Assembly (NCBI GenBank): GCA_964016885.1
Contig: OZ024740.1
Coordinates: 108,190,001-108,254,000 of the forward strand
Reading direction: 5' to 3'
Source of the DNA: Eledone cirrhosa
Lineage: Eukaryota
Length of the DNA stretch: 64,000 bases
Under the pieces are notes generated by a model. That model was not told where the DNA came from and did not search any database. It was given only the letters and a program-made list of their open reading frames with translations. Numbering within the stretch: the stretch's first letter is position 1; each line of letters starts with the position of its first letter. The translations under genes and the position numbers were made by a program. Below are positions 10,076-23,714 of the stretch, piece by piece.

Positions 10076-12520
10076 TAGAGAGGACTCTTTGGTTGTGTCA
10101 ATGATATCCTTAAAGTAGTGTTGGACTCAAATTGGTTCCAAGTAGTCACCTCCCTCACGAGAGGTAACAACACTTTGGATTTGTTCTTAACCACTACTTC
10201 TGAAATGGTTATCAGTGTCACTATTGAGGTATCTTTAGCTGACTTTGATCATACTATGATCATTTCCAATCTGTTTCTTATGGGCAGTAACAAAAACTAC
10301 AACCATCTCCAAACTGCTCGCTTTGACTAGAATTCTTACTGCACTGAGCTACAACGTCCAAACTGGCTTGAATTTTACGGCTCTGGAGAAGTGAATACTA
10401 TACTTCAAAAGAACCAGAATTTAATTTAATATGGGTGGCATGTGTAGCATCAGTACCACAAGCACAAAAAACACCCCCAAAAGTGCAATTTGGGAGACTG
10501 CAACAGTCTGACTTACCAGGAAAGAACATTGTGATGCTGAACAGGAATACAAACTACATAGATCAGAGGTTAAAAGAAAAAAAGCACAATAGATCATCTA
10601 ACCATCTCAAGCAGGTGGTGAAAAAAGCAGTGCTTGAATTTGAATAGCATATAGCGACCAACCCTGCCAGCAAAGTGTTCTGGAAGTATGTATGTTCAAA
10701 GCAGAGTCCTCACTCTTCAATTGGTCCACTTCGCAATCCCCACACAGGCTGTATTACTGACGATCCCAAAGAATGCGCAGAACTTATTGCCGAATGCTAT
10801 ACAGGCATTTTCACAGATAAAAATCAAAATGTACTATCTCTACCACCTCTGACATCAAATTCTATAGCAACTGGAATTTACACCCGCAATGCTGAGACGC
10901 CACCTCAAGAATAAGTGCAACTATGCCTATCCTGGTCTTGATGGTGTTATGTACCTACTTCTCAAACGCAGTGGGTTCTTTCTTCTGCACCAGCTTTCAC
11001 TCTTCTTCCAATTCTGCCGTAACAACGGTGTTAACCCAGAGGAGTGGAAAACTGCCCGTGTCATTCCTCTGTTCAAAAAGGGTGACTGCACGTCGTCTGC
11101 CAACTATCGTCTAGTCAGTCTTACTAGCTGAATCGACAAACTGATGGATTCCTGCCAGAAAAACACTCTGGGACTTCAGGAACTCTCACAGCCTTACTTG
11201 GCCCTCACAATTTGGATTTATCCCTAACGCCAGCTGCTGCGGTTAACATCTCAAGTTTCTTGAAGACATTACCCGAATCACAGACGGCAGCTCATGTGTG
11301 GATATTATTTATCTTGACTTTGCTAAAGCTTTTAATTTTGTTCCACGCAAAAGACTTCTGGCGAAACTCTCTGCAATGGGTGTGAGAGATGATCTTTATA
11401 ACTGGTTGAAATCCTTCATTCTCAGTCGGAAAGAAGTAGTCATGGTTCTTGGACAGCATTCTTTGCCCTATGAGATGACATCTGGTGTACCACAGGGATC
11501 TGTTCTTGGTCCCCTTTTGTTTGTTGTATATATTGACATAGATGCCAACATGAAGAATGACACAGTACTGAAATATGCAAATGACATCAAGCTGTACTTT
11601 GAGATAAAAAAGACAGATCCTGTACGATATACATCTTTTCTGCAATTAGACCTGGACTCAATGCAGCAATGGATTACAGACTGACAACTCAAGCTGGCTA
11701 TGGACAAGTCTACCACCATGCATTTTGGGAGGAAAACGAAGCTTTCACATACTCCCTCCACTACACCAATCGCAAGAAGTCTTCTTGTGAACGTGACCAA
11801 AGCATTATTGTCAACAGCGATTTGCATTGGACAAAACACACCTCTAAAATTGTCAAGAAGGCTGAAGGTGTCTTAGCATCACTCAGTAAGACCTTTGACA
11901 GCTGCTCTCCAGCCATCTATTTAAAGCTATGGTGTATCCACACTTAGAATTTGCATCACCAGTCTGGAACCCCTAACTTCCTCAGAATATTGATCTAGAA
12001 ACTCTTCAGAGACCTGCAACCAAACGAATACCCTTCATCAGGCATCTACCATTCTCTGAATGCCTTGCTTCCCTGGTCATGCATACATTAAAGCTCCGAT
12101 GTCAGGCAAGTGACTTGGTAGTCATCCACAAGATTATTAACCATCTTTCCAATAACAACCCTGGGCACCTTTTGAATTCTATATGTCTAACATCTGTGGA
12201 CATGCTTACAAAATCAGAAAACAGTACAGTTCCCATGACTTTCAGAAACATTTTTTCACACTCAGAGTTGCTGAAGCACAGAACAAACTACCTGCATCAG
12301 TTGTTTGTTAGCTGTCAGGACACTGCATCCTTCAAAACTTCCATGCTTCTTGAAATTTGCCAACACTACACCTGATATTCCCCCTCCATACACATGCACA
12401 CGTGTGTGTGTATTATGACTCAAACACTGTTCATTTTCCTGACATTTGTACATTATTCTATGCACTTTTGATGCGTTGTACACCTGAGCACTGTACACAA
12501 TAATTTTCATTATTTCATTA
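10076..12520 (+). mobile_element. Degenerate CR1-group LINE (end of APE, RT, 3' UTR)
   Basis: Fragments TRGNNTLDLFLT, NYRLVSLTS, DIIYLDFAKAFNFVP, SGVPQGSVLGPLLF and KYANDIKLY, with many stops and frameshifts. Confidence 0.85.
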
Positions 12521-12824
12521 TTATAAGACCAATAATAACAAAGATCTTACAATTAGATTTCTAAGGCAGCTAAACTACAAATTACATATATTCAAATAAA
12601 AACAGTAATTAAAAATACAATCTTTAGCAGTAGTCAACCCCCAGCAGATGCTACAATGTTTAATGAAACATCTTGCTCAAAGACACAATGTGCCACCCAG
12701 TCTAGGAATCAAACCCACATTCTGCATTCAGAACCCTAATCACTAGGTCACACACTTTCACTTGCAAATATAATTAGTGAAGAATTATTTAAAGGAATTT
12801 TTTTTCTGTGAAAGAATCACTCAC

Positions 12825-13127
12825 CTTGCAAGGCTAATGCATCACTAAAAGCCTGAAGTTCAGTATCTGTGTCTGGCTCCAAATCCCGTCCACCACAGTG
12901 GGATAACCTTTGAGAGGGCCTGTCTTTGGTCATCCAAGTGCCACCTTTGCCAGTAGATGCTCCCCGATTACGCAACGGTGGATTCTTCCCACAAAGAAAA
13001 GCGAGAAGCTCTTCTCTACGTATATGACGTCGTTTCTTTTTGGCCCAGGCAATAATATCCTTCGTTCTGTGTTGTTTACCACACTGCACACCAACATCAA
13101 TACAGCCTCGTAAAGTATCTATACTAT
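12825..13127 (-). CDS. HAPSTR1: HAPSTR1 third coding exon (303 nt)
   Basis: CCTCTTTCAG acceptor and GTGAGT donor, phase 1-1. DSIDTLRGCIDVGVQCGKQHRTKDIIAWAKKKRRHIRREELLAFLCGKNPP...DTELQAFSDALALQG versus recalled human ESVDTHQRSFDIGIQIGYQRRNKDVLAWVKKRRRTIRREDLISFLCGKVPP...ETDLQPFREAIALHG. No terminal exon was found in 1-12824. Confidence 0.95.
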
Positions 13128-13813
13128 CTGAAAGAGGAATGGAAATTTATTTATGAAACAACAATAACAAAATACACATGCTAGAATTTAGAGCAAGGAA
13201 ATTATTCCATTGAGTTACTGTATAACATATCTTGAAAATTACCAATAAACCATTTCAAAGGGGAAAAAAAAACACATATTTAGGAATTCTGTATTTCAAT
13301 ATAAATTGATATAGCACCAGGAAATCCCAGTGGAAGGAAGCCGCAGCAGAGGTAGATTTTGAGGTAGTGACGAATGGAAAAATGCTGTGCTGAAAAGGAC
13401 CCGTCTAACCCATGCAAATGTGGGAAAACAGATGTAAAAACGAGGGTAATGATGATGAAGCCACAAAACACAGTTGCTATGAAATACAAGATTAAAGTAA
13501 CATGATAGATATGTATATGTTTCTTTTTTAACTTGAATTCGTCATCATTGTTGTTTAATATCTGCTTTCCCTGCAAGCAAAGGTTGGACATAGACCAAGT
13601 CAGTACTGAAGTGGAGCTACTGATCTCCTAGATAGGCCAGAGATCTGTCTCATTTATATAGTCATACATTCTATCGAGTGCAGAGGAGAAGTTGTCATGT
13701 CTTTTGACACAAACTGAAAGATCCTCCCAATCTCTTGTTTAGCAAGCTTTCTATGACTGAATGCATTTCCTAACAACTCTACAGTGTGTATTGGGTGCTT
13801 TTAACATGTAGAT

Positions 13814-14308
13814 CAGTGTTTCCCAACATGGGCGCTCAGGGTTTTAATTTCATTTGGGGGTCAGTGAATGTGGGCGGTCGGCATTTATCCATTTTTTTTT
13901 TCAAAAATTAAAAAAACCCGAAAACAAAAAACAGATGAATGGGGACAGACTAAAAAAAAAACAGAACAATGAATAAAAGTGAAAAGCTGAATGTGTTTAT
14001 TTGTGTGCAAATATATAAAGAATGGTGGTCAGAATTTTGGATTGACTTTTGGGAGTGGCTGATATGTATGTGTTTGTATGTATATGATTGCGTGTATGTG
14101 AGTGTGTTGCCATTTTGAATTCCTTTCTGCGATTAAACTTAAATTGACCCCTGGCCCAACCACGCACACACATTTGTTTTAGGTTTTGTACCCATTTGAT
14201 GTAAGATGAATTCAGTATCTTATTTGAAATTTAGTTTGACAGGGGGGTGTTGACAAAAAAGTTTGCGCTCAAAGGGGGCGCTGGCTGAAAAAAGGTTGGG
14301 AAACCCTG
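13814..14308. mobile_element. Non-autonomous hAT (Charlie-like) DNA transposon
   Basis: TIRs CAGTGTTTCCCAAC / GTTGGGAAACCCTG with a perfect 8-bp TSD ATGTAGAT at 13806-13813 and 14309-14316. Confidence 0.92.
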
Positions 14309-14789
14309 ATGTAGATCACCTGCACTAGGGAGGTTGACATGCCCTTCACACAAATAAAAGACCCTCCCAAGCCTTTGGGAAAACAAGACCATCAGCAGCA
14401 GCACTTAATGAAAAACACTGCTTATGACTTTCAATTAATTTTTTAAATAATCAAACATTTAGCAAGATTTAGTAATAACTAACATGTTCATTATTAAGTT
14501 AGTGTTTGGAACATAACTTAAGAAATTGTCCTTACATGAAATTATAATGGAAGGTTTAAATTTAAATACAAACACTTTAAAACAAATGTATGTTTTTTTT
14601 CATTTCATCATAGAACCACGAGTGATTCCAGGTGGGTAGGTAACAAATTGGTTAATAAACACTAGGTAAATCAGGATTCAAAGAATCAATTAAAAAAGTC
14701 TAATTATAGACTAGCTGTAAATAGAAACAGCATGACTAGAAATTCAATTTGCTATGTATGGATTCAGTTATAAAAATGAAGAAACATAC

Positions 14790-14861
14790 CTTTATACATA
14801 TCAGTAACTGCTGTAGCTGCATTTCGAAATGGACCCCATAAAGAACGCCCCTGGTGTCGAT
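14790..14861 (-). CDS. HAPSTR1: HAPSTR1 second coding exon (72 nt, not in ORF track)
   Basis: TTTTTTCAG acceptor and GTATGT donor, phase 1-1. Translates DRHQGRSLWGPFRNAATAVTDMYK versus recalled human DRVCQQPGLSLWVPFQNAATAVTNLYK. Confidence 0.93.
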
Positions 14862-16439
14862 CTGAAAAAATAAATACATGAGTTGTCAAATACAACTTTA
14901 GGTCTGTTGTTACAGTATTTCAAATGAATTAAATATGTTTCAATTAATTTTGAAAAATAATAATAATAATAATAATAAAAAGAAATTGAGAAAATTAGCA
15001 ATATAGAGCCTGAAACCACTTTGACTCTAGGATACAAAACCTGTTTCTTGTCTATATTTATCTAAATATCTTCTATAGTAATTTTATATAAGAACCTTTG
15101 TTATATTTTAAACACCAGCTTAATAATGAGAACGTTATATTACTAAAGCTTTCCAAACACTTGATCGTTTTGAAAATTATTTGAAAATCAGAGGCACTGT
15201 CTTTCATTAGAAATATGGTAAGGGAACGGTTAAACTGATGTTTAAAGAGTAAATCAACAGGTTCTTACATAAAATTATGATGGAAGGTTTTGATTTATAT
15301 ATGTACTTATTAAAACAGGGTTTTTGAAATCAAAAGTGGTTTCAGGCATGTTGGTATGAAAAGGGTTAAAAATACAAAATATAAAATTGTTTCTTAATTC
15401 TTCTTAGGTTGTTAGGTCACAACCTCAAATATAATGTAAGAAATTCTATAAATCACCATCATCATTGTTGTTTTTACATCTGCTTTTCCATGCTGGCATA
15501 GGTTGGACAAGACTTTTTGCGTCAGTTTTCTGTCTGGATGCTATTCCTGCTAACAACTTTCATATGAATATAAATCTTAGAAGTTTTCCTTCTATTCACA
15601 CTCTTGGCTACATTTTCCTTGAAACAACAGAAACTATATGGAATAGAGAGGACTCTTTACTTTTGCAAGGGAAAAGGCAACCTCAATAGTATTAGTGCCA
15701 TGTTAGAATGTACCTTGTACACTGTAAAATGGTTGGTGATTAGAGAGGACATTTCAGTCATGTTGAGGACTTGACAAACATTTAAGTGCCAATGACAATA
15801 AAATGCACTCATTGTACTCTAAAAGCAGTCAGTGTTAGAAAGACCATCCAGCCATATAAATTATACCTAACAAGTCCTCCAAGCTGTCAAAGAGGGCAGT
15901 TAATTCCAAATAACGACTTGTCAACGTATGTCACGGAAAATAGATATAAAATAATAATGATAATGAAATTTGAACTTTAAATCTTACAGATACACTAATA
16001 AGAAATACATTTGAAAGCAAGCAGAAAGAGACAGCTGCACTAGTATATGGCTGATACTTTCTATATCAACCCCAAAAGGATAAAATGCAAAATGTACTTC
16101 AGATGGATTCAAAGTCAGAGTGTAGTGAACCAGAACAAATATTCAATGTTCTAACAACTCTGCCAATCTCTATAATAATGAGCGAACTAGATTTTTTGTC
16201 CATCTGACACACGAAAGATACAATCTCCCAAAACAGATTCATCCAGAATTCATGGAAAACAAATGCAATGGAGCTGTTTATCAGTCTGTGTCCCTTTTTT
16301 TCGTATGTATGTGAATGTGTGCGTATATATTATATATATATATATGCAAGCATAGAAAAACATGTAAAATGGTGATGACGATGATATATAATCCACAAAC
16401 ATAGCTGTTTAAATTTGGTGAAGAAACCGATTATTCTGT

Positions 16440-17024
16440 TCATAAAATGATGGGTTATGTATTAGTGTTTGTGTTTTAAACTCCTCTGTTATGGCCTGGA
16501 GAACAACGATGAATAACAGTGGGCTAAAAACAATGATGAATTCCTACCTGTACCTTGAAATCTTCACTAAACTCACTTCCTACTCTCACTTTACTGACAG
16601 CTCCTCTGTACATGGCTTGCACTGCCCTCACAAGCCATTCTTCTACAACTAATTTCCTTAACGACCACCAAATAATAGATCGCAGTACTCTGTCATAGGT
16701 GTTTTCCTGGTGGCTGGTTAGTTTCCTGAAATTTGTGTTGCGAATGGTTAGTTCATTCGAGTCACAGAATTCCAGGAGCCTCAATCCCTTTTCATTTCTT
16801 GAGCCATAACCACAGCTGCCACAAACTCCACAGATTCTGTCCTGGTACTACCCCACATATCTGTTGAAGCCACCTGCCAAGATGATGAAATTTCTTTACC
16901 ACCTTATCTATCCATTTCTCAGCTAGTAAGAAGCCTACACCGCCTACCCCATTGTCATTTCCTACCCAGTAAAGTTTGTATCTATGTTGTTTGCCTATGA
17001 GTAGTCTCGCCGAGGCACCCTTCC

Positions 17025-17025
<1 letters not shown>
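16440..17025 (-). mobile_element. Degenerate RTE fragments
   Basis: YKLYWVGNDNGVGGVGFLLAEKW, RLLEFCDSNEL and WWSLRKLVVEEWLVRAVQAMY. Confidence 0.85.
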
Positions 17026-17059
<34 letters not shown>

Positions 17060-17360
17060 GGGGGGAATGGTGGGTATAAGGAATCCACATCTGGAAAGTA
17101 ATAAAACTTCTTCTTATGCTGACAGACAGAGAGAAAGAAAGACAAAAAAATTGATTATCAAGGAAAAATGTGTCAATGAAAGAGCAAAAGAAACATTGCT
17201 TAAGAAAGCAACAGAATAAACACACATATAGTACAGTAAAATGTGGCAGTGATATATGTACAAATACAAATACTTACAAGGAGTCAGCTAGACCAATTTT
17301 TAAATATCCCTCCTACATATATACACACACACATACATACATACACAAAATTTTCATCTG

Positions 17361-17535
17361 TTGAATACATGTCTTATCGCTCTGGGATTATTTCCGCAGC
17401 TCGCAGCTCATAGGTCCAGCATTTTTTAAATGTATGTTGACAGGATCCTGTCAACATACATTTCAAAGATGTTGGACTGTCGGATTGTTGAATTGTGGAA
17501 ATAATTCCACAGTGAAATGCCGCGCATGAATTTAA
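17361..17535. repeat. Fold-back palindrome centred on CAGGATCCTG
   Basis: Perfect 36-nt palindrome at 17428-17463 with degenerate outer arms. Confidence 0.85.
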
Positions 17536-17799
17536 CCTAATTTTGCATATTACAACTCATCCCTTGGACTAACTGCTCTCAATATACTATGAATGAATAA
17601 ATATATATATATGGAAACAATATTGTTTTTTACAAAAAAAAAAATTTTTAAATTGGAAGGTGGTGGGTGGAGAAGTTAAAACAGTTCAAAAGGCTGTTTC
17701 ACACTTCCTTGAAAGATTTTTCAAACAAGCATGTGTACAAAATCCTATTGTATTAAAAATAATAATTACGCATGAAGCAAATTATTCATTCAAGTAATT

Positions 17800-18290
17800 A
17801 CCAAATACGTTTTTACATTAAATATTGATTTATGAACATTTCGTCCCTTATTGGGACTTATGAGGGTAGTAATGGCATTGAAGATTTTACCAGTACTTGC
17901 ACACAAACATTCACTAATACTACATCATTCTTATTATGAAGATAAGGATGTGAAATTTTGAAATGTGAATGGATTTAGGAATAGATTTACACATTTATTC
18001 AACAAATTCTTTTTCTTTGGGACAACAGCATTTCAAATTTCCTCAATATTTCTTAAGTCACATCTAGTTACACACTTAAAACCTTCTCAATTGTAGAATT
18101 AGTGGCCAGCATTTCTTGAGCACAGTTGTTAACAGTTAGCCAGAATCTGAGAAATGCAGGGCTCAATTCCTCACAGGTGCCTCTCTCCACTTATCAGGTA
18201 TTTTACTCAATTCCTATCATTTAGAGTGATTGACTATTATTATTACATTTCAAATTTTCCCAATCTTTCTAAAGTCAGCAAGCATATATA
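17800..18290 (-). mobile_element. Possible old Penelope-like relic with a degenerate hammerhead
   Basis: The minus strand reads CTCATAA-GTCCC-AATAA-GGGAC-GAAA at about 17839-17864. Upstream decayed text resembles a GIY-YIG C-terminus (R.HL..I...HFSDSG). Confidence 0.4.
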
Positions 18291-18411
18291 TATTTCTTTA
18301 TTGGTTTCAGTCATTAGACTGCAACCATGCTGAGATACTGCCTTGACTCACCAGGCACTGGTCAACCAGAGGCTATAGTAGCAAACACCTGTCCAGTGAA
18401 ACTGAACCCAT

Positions 18412-19150
18412 ATCATCATCGTTTTTACGCCCATTTTTCAATGCCCACATGGGTTGGATGGGTCCTTTTCAGCATCTCTCCATTCGTCAAGTTCCCATGT
18501 CATCTCCTCTATTAGTCTCAGCAATTTGAGATCACCACTCACTACCTCTGCCCCTTTCTTCCTTGGTCTACCTCTGCTGCGGCTTCCTTCCACTTCTTTG
18601 CCTAGCAATCATTATCAATGCGCATCACATGCTCATATCAACAGTCTTCTCTCTTAAACCAAATTTCTCCCTTGGTTTATCCAAACTCTGTCTTTCTTTC
18701 ACATTGAATATCCAACAAAATGTGGTTGCTTCATTTCTCTCCAGACTACACATGTCCTCTGCAGTCACTACCATGCAGCATCTCACTTTGCACACAGGTG
18801 TCATACAGCCGTCCTTTTTTACGTAGGAAGAAACGTTTTGTTGTCAACAGTATGAGTTGCTCTACTTCTTCCATCCTATCCTTATTCTAGTTATGTTCAC
18901 GAAGTACCCTCTCCACTGTTGACTAAGCCACCAAAATAGCAGAAGCTATTAATCACTTCTATGGATCCTTCATGTGAGTGGAAAAGATTTATATTACTGA
19001 CACTCTTCGTGTTGATTAACCCAGTGAGAGAACTATAATGAACAGCAGTGGCCTGAAAACCAAATCCTGATGAACTCCTATCTGCGCCTTGAATTCCTCA
19101 CTAAACTCACTTTCTACTCTCACTTCACACTGTGCTGTTCTACCACATGG
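18412..19150 (-). mobile_element. Degenerate RTE 3' fragments
   Basis: Similar to 35487-36345, with a (CAT)n tail and terminal stem-loop at the left end. Confidence 0.8.
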
Positions 19151-19579
19151 ACACCCTTGATCTGGCTGGCACTTTGCTCCACCCACAAGTCTCAACAGTA
19201 GTTCACAAAAGGTTGTGACATAATAATTTCCAATCGTCCTCTATGGTATATGAATATAACTCGCCTCCTTTCATCAAATGCATCCTGTAAGGCCTTTTTA
19301 AACCTTTAACAGAAAGGTTCACACACACACATATATATGGGGAAGAGAGTACTCTACTAGAGAGAGACAGACAGAACTACAAGAAATTCTTAACAGATGG
19401 AAGCTGCACCAGTGAATAGTCATTTTACTTAATCAATGCTGATGATGGACTTTATAAAACAACACGTTTATAAATATATAAGAACACAAAAATGTCATTT
19501 AAAATATAATTTACATCTAAATTAAATCATTGGTCAAATGTGACAGATCTCAATCAATTTAGCAATCCTTAATGAATAT

Positions 19580-20761
19580 ATAGATTTTACATGTGGCCGG
19601 TGCTCTGGTGCAATAAGTAGCAGCAAGTGCCCACAAAATACTAGCTCCTTCAACTGCGCAGAGGGTTCTATAGAAATAGTGGACAGCTTCCGTTACCTGG
19701 GTGACAAAATCAGCAGTGGGGGAGGGTGCTCTGAAAGTACAGTAGCTAGAGTCAGAACTGGATGGAAAAAGTTCAGAGAGCTTATACCACTATTAGCCGC
19801 TAGAGGGTTCTCCCTAAAAATGAAAGGCAGGTTATACGATGCCTGCATACGAACAGCAATGCTGCATGGCAGTGAGACCTGGGCATTGTGTGCAGAGGAT
19901 ATACGCAGACTAGAGAGGAACGAAGCTTGCATGCTCCGCTGGATGTGCAATAGTAATATACGTGAACGGCAAAGCATAAACGAACTAAGGATAAAATTAG
20001 AAATAAGAGGGATCAGATGTTGTTTACTCGAGAGAAGGCTACGTTGGTACGGTCACGTGATGCACATGAAAGACGACAGCTGTATAACAAAGTGCAGGGC
20101 AATAAAGATAGACGGTAGCCACGGAGTAGGCAGACCCAGAAAAACATGGGACGAGCTGATAAATTCCGACCTCACACGCTTACACCTCTCCAAGACAATG
20201 TCACTGGACCGAGACCTTTGGCGGTACTCAGTAATAGAGAAGACCCGCCTTACCTAAATACAAAGTAAAAACCTACTACAGTCAGTAGGCATCTCTATCA
20301 AAACACCCCCCGTCCCACCACCTCCACCCCATCCACACCGCCCCTTTCAATGTAAAGTTATGTTGGTCCCACAACATCCAGGCCGAAACAAATGAGATCG
20401 TGTAGGTGTCACGATAAAAAAACACACAGTCCACGCTGTAAATGTGGCCGTGTAGGCAACACGGTAAAAACCTCCCAGCCCCACACTGTAAATGTGGTTG
20501 GTGTTAGGAAGGGCATCCAGCTGTAGAAAACCCGCCAGACAGTACACGCTGTAATGTGGCCGTGTAGGCAACACGGTAAAAACCTCCCAGCCCCACACTG
20601 TAAATGTGGTTGGTGTTAGGAAGGGCATCCAACTGTAGAAAACCCGCCAGACAGTCCTATGCGAGCAAGACAACCATTCTTGCCTCAAGTGGGAAAACCC
20701 CCGTCCAAACCCATGCAAGCGTGGAACACGGACGCTAAACCTGATGATGATGATGATGATG
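19580..20761 (+). mobile_element. 5'-truncated RTE LINE, close relative of about 5393-6570
   Basis: ORF 19679-20257 has an intact C-terminus (FRYLG...RLRWYGHV...GRPRKTW...WR), followed by the 3' UTR and (GAT)n. Confidence 0.95.
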
Positions 20762-20904
20762 TACACACACACAGGCATTATATTTAACTAGATTTGAACA
20801 CCCAATAAACAGAGTTACTGCCATGAAATTGTGAGAACAATATTTTGAATGTGAGATTCTACTGTATGCTTGTTTATAAATATATATGAAGTATGAAGAC
20901 CAAT

Positions 20905-21800
20905 AATTTTTTTTTTAAGCCAGTACAATCCGGTAGGAAATTATGAAGGCCAAATGATGACAAATGAAACAAAACAAAAAGTTTGTTTTATCTAGTATAT
21001 TTTAGCATATTTCAGGGCTATTACTCTTTTCAGATGTGAAACTGAAACAGTCCAAGACAAAACAAATGAGCCCTAACTGGTCCATATGTTTCCAAAACAT
21101 ATGCGCATGCATGTGGTTGCTATAGTAACCATTCTGACCAATTATTTATCTCTGGTTTATCCGGCTAATGAAAATGGCTTTCTTAATCCTTAAATTTCCC
21201 ATATTCCTTTCATGCGCCTCTATGGTGACCTCAATGTCTTGGTTGCAGCATTTGTCAAGATGTTTTTTAACGGAAGAGGCTCTCCTTGATCTGTAGCCTC
21301 CTTGTGGTATTTTCCTCATGCACACTTCTGCATTGTTGATGGGACAATTAGGAAGTGTGCATATATCACTGTTTGTGGGTTTGTGTCTGTGGAGAAGTCT
21401 CCTCAATGAGGGTTCGAGTGTGCCAATCCCTCTCCAAGGATGGCATGTCTGATGGCAGCTGTCATCTTATTAAAATGTGGCAGCTTTAAGTAGCATATGT
21501 TATCCTTATGGACAAATCTCCTTGTTCTTTTGGTGAGAATGGTTACTGTAGCAACCCGCGTGCATATGCATACATTTTCCAAATGCATAAACCAATTAGG
21601 GAAGAAAACGGACAGCTCGTTTGTTTTGTCTTGGTCTGTTTTAGTTTCGAATCTGAAAAGAGGGTAACAGACCTGATGAAATATGATGCTAAAAACACTG
21701 GGTAAAATATTAGTGTTTGGTTTGTGTTTGTTTCATTTGTCATCATTTGCCCATCGCATTTTTCTAACGCACTGTACCAGCTTTAAAAAAAAAAAAATTA
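20905..21800 (-). mobile_element. Penelope-like element remnant: GIY-YIG C-terminal fragment between inverted repeats
   Basis: Inverted arms at about 20905-21141 and 21530-21800. The centre encodes CTLPNCP...SSVKKHLDKC...IEVTIEAHERNMGNLRIKKAIFISRIN, which resembles PLE endonuclease ends. Confidence 0.65.
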
Positions 21801-21854
21801 TCAGCCTTTTACTACATATATCAAAATGCTTCGTATTAACTACACTATATATAT

Positions 21855-22634
21855 ATCATCATCATCACTGTTTTACATCCATTCTTCCACACTAGCATGA
21901 GTTAGATGGGTTGTCTTGTTCTGGGCAATGTTAGATCAGATGACCTTGTCTTGCTCATACGGGAACTGATTTTGGCTTGATTTCTACAGCTGGATGCCCT
22001 TCCCAAAACTCAACCTCATTTACAGTGAGTGCTGGGTGCTTTTTTTCCGTGGCGCCTACACGACCACTTTACAATGTGGGCTGGGTGCTTTTTTGTCGTG
22101 ACACCTCCACGAACACCTTGCAGTGGGAGGGGATAGGGGCATATTGTCTATATGCTTCATCTTCGGCTTGTTCCCGTGCTAAGTCGGGTCTTCTGTATTA
22201 CTGCGTGACGCCAGAGGTCACGGTCCTGTGTCATACCGTTGAGAGGTACAATTGGCAAGGTCCGCTTTTATCACTTCAGGGTCTCCCACTCAACGGCTTC
22301 CATCAACTTTTAGTGCTCTGCACCTTTTTATGCAGCTGTCATCCTTCATACACATCACATGTCCAGACCAATGCATCCTCCTCTCCTGCACACAGCATTT
22401 GATTCTTCTTATGCTCAGTCTCTCTCTCAATTCGTTTATGATTTGCCATTTGCGTATATTACTATTACACATCCATCAGAGCATGCAGGTTTCGTTTCTT
22501 TCTAATCCACACACCACCCAGGTCTCATTACCATGTAACATTGCTGTTCGTATGCACACATCATACAGTCTGCCTTTTATTTTGAGGGAAAAGCCTTTTG
22601 CAGCTAGCAGTGGTAGTAGCTCCCTGAACTTCTA
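21855..22634 (-). mobile_element. RTE 3' fragment
   Basis: IKCCVQERRMHWSGHVMCMKDDSC plus the family 3' UTR. Confidence 0.9.
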
Positions 22635-23160
22635 AAAAATTACATAATCAGTGATGGACTGAGGTAGTAACATGTAGATTGAAAACTTTTTTCTGATTAA
22701 AAGAAGCATTTTAACATAAATTTTCCCTGTGGGTATTATTTCTTTCTTATCATTCTACATAACGAACAGGGTGCCCTAAAACATCCTTGAAGTGCTTACC
22801 AAAATGATGATTTACTATCTTAGTTTATCCAAGACAGCAGTTCTCAAACTGACAAAAACTACCACCCCCTATTATTAATCAGAATGGCATCTTAACCCTT
22901 TTGATATCAAACTGCTTGAATCATCTTTGGTTCTATGATACAAAAATCTTCCATCATATTTGTATGTAAGAAACTTAAAGTTATGTTCCAAACACCAGCT
23001 TAATAATGAGAAATTTAGTTATATTACTAAATCCCTCCAAATTCTTGGTTATTTTATTAAACCTCACAATTTGTTCACTTCTTTTTCAATCCTCAAGAAA
23101 CACTGATCTAAGACATCACAATTCTACATAACAATTTGGCTGTCAGGTTATATAAGATAT

Positions 23161-23497
23161 TCATTTCATTTCATTTTACGTCCACTTTTCCCTGCTTGCA
23201 AGGGTGGGACGGGAACTGATTCTGGCTTGATTTCTACAGCTGGATGCCCTTCCTAACACCAACCTCATTTACAGTGAGTGCTGGGTGCTTTTTTGCCGTG
23301 GCACCTCCACGACCACTTTGCAGTGGAATGATAGGGACCCCAGTCCCTATTATCTCATTTCTACAGCTGAGTAAACTGGAGCAATATGAAATAAAGTATT
23401 TTGCTCAAGGAAACAACACATTACCCAGTCTGAGAATTGAACTCACAACCTTTCGATTGCAAGGCCAATGCTCTAACCACTAAGCCATGTGCCTCCA
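23161..23497 (-). mobile_element. CORE-type SINE copy
   Basis: Same family as 7858-8194. Confidence 0.9.
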
Positions 23498-23714
23498 TTG
23501 ATGATGTGCCTTAAATATTTACAAATTATCCAGACTACGAGCGTCATACCTACTCCTTCCAACAAACTCATCCATCAACAGAAGAAGGAAAAAAACAAAC
23601 AGATATCACCATCATTGTTTAATGTCTATTTTCAAAGCTTGCATAGGTTAACCAGCTGTCATATGCTAAGACCTGACCGGTCAGGTGACAAGGTCCTGCT
23701 CATACGTTTCGATT

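Noticed and set aside
1-12824. Terminal HAPSTR1 exon
   Set aside because: No segment encoding the expected L.GAM..IS... C-terminus was found. It is presumed to lie left of the window.
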